Below, one piece after another: positions 62,304 to 64,000 of a DNA stretch of 64,000 nucleotides (its first letter is position 1; the number at the start of each line of letters is the position of its first letter). Under the pieces are notes generated by a model that had not been told where the DNA came from, ran no database searches, and saw nothing but the letters and a program-made list of their open reading frames with translations. A program made the translations under genes and the position numbers. Location of the stretch: positions 224,001 through 288,000 of the forward strand of contig CAWGRW010000009.1 in assembly GCA_963825135.1 (NCBI GenBank), given 5' to 3'. This DNA comes from an uncultured bacterium (lineage in GTDB: Bacteria > Desulfobacterota_D > UBA1144 > Nemesobacterales > UBA2774).

Positions 62304-62810
62304 TTATGTATTCGCTATTCCGCGACGGATCGCATATAAACTTGTTAAGACCAATATTCCACCCAGCGCAATGAAGCCCCATTGTGTCAGTGTTGGTATT
62401 GGGGCTTGTACCAGTTTCAAACATTGGGGGACATTGGAACATGATTCCTGTTCGAACCAAGCCTCACCCACTCCATTACAAGCTGAGAAATCAACATCGT
62501 CTGCACAGTTTCTCTCATTATATTCACAGCAACCCGGACCAGAAGCCGGTTCACAGGATTGATCTTGATCGGGAGGTACTAAAACACATTTATAACCTTC
62601 ATCCCCATTTACATACCATGAATTTGAACCGCACAACTCTTCAGATAATGAGCAATTACCGACACATCCCACACATTTGTTAGCATCACGATCATAACAA
62701 CAACCAAGAGTAGCTGGTTGGGATACTCCCAATTTGGGAAAAATCATCATAAGTAACACAACAACAAAAATACTAGAAAGTATTTTGAGAGAACTGTTAG
62801 TTCTTTTCAT
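62304..62810 (-). CDS. Cys-rich surface protein with IPTL-CTERM sorting signal
   Basis: Signal peptide, GCC repeats, APIPTLTQWG-TM-RR. Confidence 0.85.
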   Translation of the reverse strand: MKRTNSSLKILSSIFVVVLLMMIFPKLGVSQPATLGCCYDRDANKCVGCVGNCSLSEELCGSNSWYVNGDEGYKCVLVPPDQDQSCEPASGPGCCEYNERNCADDVDFSACNGVGEAWFEQESCSNVPQCLKLVQAPIPTLTQWGFIALGGILVLTSLYAIRRGIANT

Positions 62811-62854
62811 GCCGAGGCTCCCCTTAAACATTGATATTGCAAAATCCCATGTCT

Positions 62855-63742
62855 TTATGCAACTGCTCTCTTTCTGCGTATAACCATAAATCCAATTATT
62901 CCCATTAATCCGGCCATAGCTATTAAGCCCCATTCGGAAAGTGTTGGGATTGGATTCGGGCCCGGTATTACACATGATCCCTTCCAAGCAAGGCCGTCGA
63001 TTGGGATGTCCACGCCGTTCGAGCCGACCAACGTTGCTACCCCGGTGGTTACGTCCAAAGTATACAACTGCGTCGTGGAGACCCCTGCGTTAGCATACAA
63101 AATCTGATTGCATTCATCGTAAGCTAGTCCAACATAGTTGCTGAGAGAGATACCGGTAGGGCCTATAAGGTTCGAGGTGCCAGTTGCGATTGAGATTGTA
63201 TAAAGTGAATCAGTACCTGTAGCGTACAATATACCGTGCGTGTCGTCATATTCCATACCACGGCCATCGATACCAGTACCAGATCCTATAGTCTGTACCG
63301 AGCCGTCCGGGAACTGTGCCGTGAGTATATTGGAATTATTTAGATCAATCGAGTACATAACACCCCCGGCCTCGTCCGCCGCCAGACCATGCCAGTTTGC
63401 CGAACCGTTCTGATTCCCCAGAAACGTTATAATCCCGACCGTCGAGATCGACCCGATGTCATTACCACCTGAACCTCCAGGAAAATTATACAAGTCCGTA
63501 CCGTAGAGAGTTCCCTCCAGGAACGCCAGACCAGTTAAGCTCGCGCCGCCATTGAGCGTAACAATCGGTGTAGCTGCACCGCTGGACGCATCGATAGAGT
63601 ACAAGACGGCAGGGTTAGTGCTCGATAGTCCGATCAACCCATCGGGAAAATCCTGCCCGTTCACCGAACCAACCGTAAATAGAAACGTTAGCACTAAAAC
63701 TAAATTTAATTCAACCAGCGAAAATGCGATAATTCTCCTCAT
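62855..63742 (-). CDS. Beta-propeller-like surface protein with IPTL-CTERM sorting signal
   Basis: GLA../LY.I...TG repeats; PIPTLSEWGLIAMAG-TM-RRKR. Confidence 0.88.
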   Translation of the reverse strand: MRRIIAFSLVELNLVLVLTFLFTVGSVNGQDFPDGLIGLSSTNPAVLYSIDASSGAATPIVTLNGGASLTGLAFLEGTLYGTDLYNFPGGSGGNDIGSISTVGIITFLGNQNGSANWHGLAADEAGGVMYSIDLNNSNILTAQFPDGSVQTIGSGTGIDGRGMEYDDTHGILYATGTDSLYTISIATGTSNLIGPTGISLSNYVGLAYDECNQILYANAGVSTTQLYTLDVTTGVATLVGSNGVDIPIDGLAWKGSCVIPGPNPIPTLSEWGLIAMAGLMGIIGFMVIRRKRAVA

Positions 63743-63823
63743 TTCCCCCCTCCTTTGAACATCAAATAAATCCCTACATCGTATAAGTCCCTTTATGAGT
63801 TTATTATATTTCTCATCTTACTG

Positions 63824-63992
63824 TCAAGCAGCATTTAAATGAGAATCATGATCCTTATAAAACGCTTCTTTACCTTTACTGGTGTCCGGTATCCAAGTGC
63901 GGAATGAAGATAACTCCTGTTATAATAATCGACCCACCTATTCAGTTCATGACTCAGTTCTCTTTCACTACCCCACTCTCTCAGCCAAAAGT
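63824..63992 (-). pseudogene. IS3-family transposase C-terminal fragment
   Basis: YYNRSYLHSALGYRTP...HDSHLNAA*, homologous to 55863-56030. Confidence 0.8.
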
Positions 63993-64000
63993 GGGGCCTC

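Larger units (their letters stand above)
51725..64000. mobile_element. AT-rich genomic island rich in IS3-family remnants (extends beyond the window)
   Basis: Abrupt compositional shift at a tRNA fragment; many IS ends and transposase fragments. Confidence 0.75.

Overview
Bacterial chromosomal window with two parts. Positions 1 to about 51,600 are a GC-rich backbone of housekeeping and accessory genes: corA 3' end, lspA, riboflavin synthase, aroK, mgtE, trxA, a TolC/TetR pair, msrA, a sigma54 two-component pair, cpoB, a MaoC-phosphate acyltransferase fusion, a nodZ-like/gmd/fcl cluster, an SsuABC/NrtABD-like ABC importer with a porin, an RND efflux operon, an HD-GYP protein and an RNase II-like gene. 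From about 51,600 to the end lies a visibly AT-rich island. It starts at 3' remnants of an initiator tRNA-Met and contains IS3-family fragments, internally deleted mini-elements and secreted or Cys-rich cargo genes. IPTL-CTERM proteins and the gene content suggest a deltaproteobacterial-type organism such as Ca. Dadabacteria (inference only). Main observations: (1) an ABC ATPase with an N-terminal TusA-like sulfur-carrier domain behind a consensus sigma54 promoter; (2) a rhizobial-style nodZ-gmd-fcl module with no nodABC in the window; (3) the same 22-bp operator and promoter layout at tetR/tolC and at an RND operon 37 kb away; (4) two copies of an IS-end-bounded unit carrying an FGSW-repeat protein, whose 276-bp upstream DNA is more conserved than the gene; (5) one membrane sensor module fused to both a histidine kinase and an HD-GYP domain. 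Eight single-base +1 frameshifts in otherwise intact genes are most likely sequencing errors. All product calls come from motif recognition by eye; no database searches were run.
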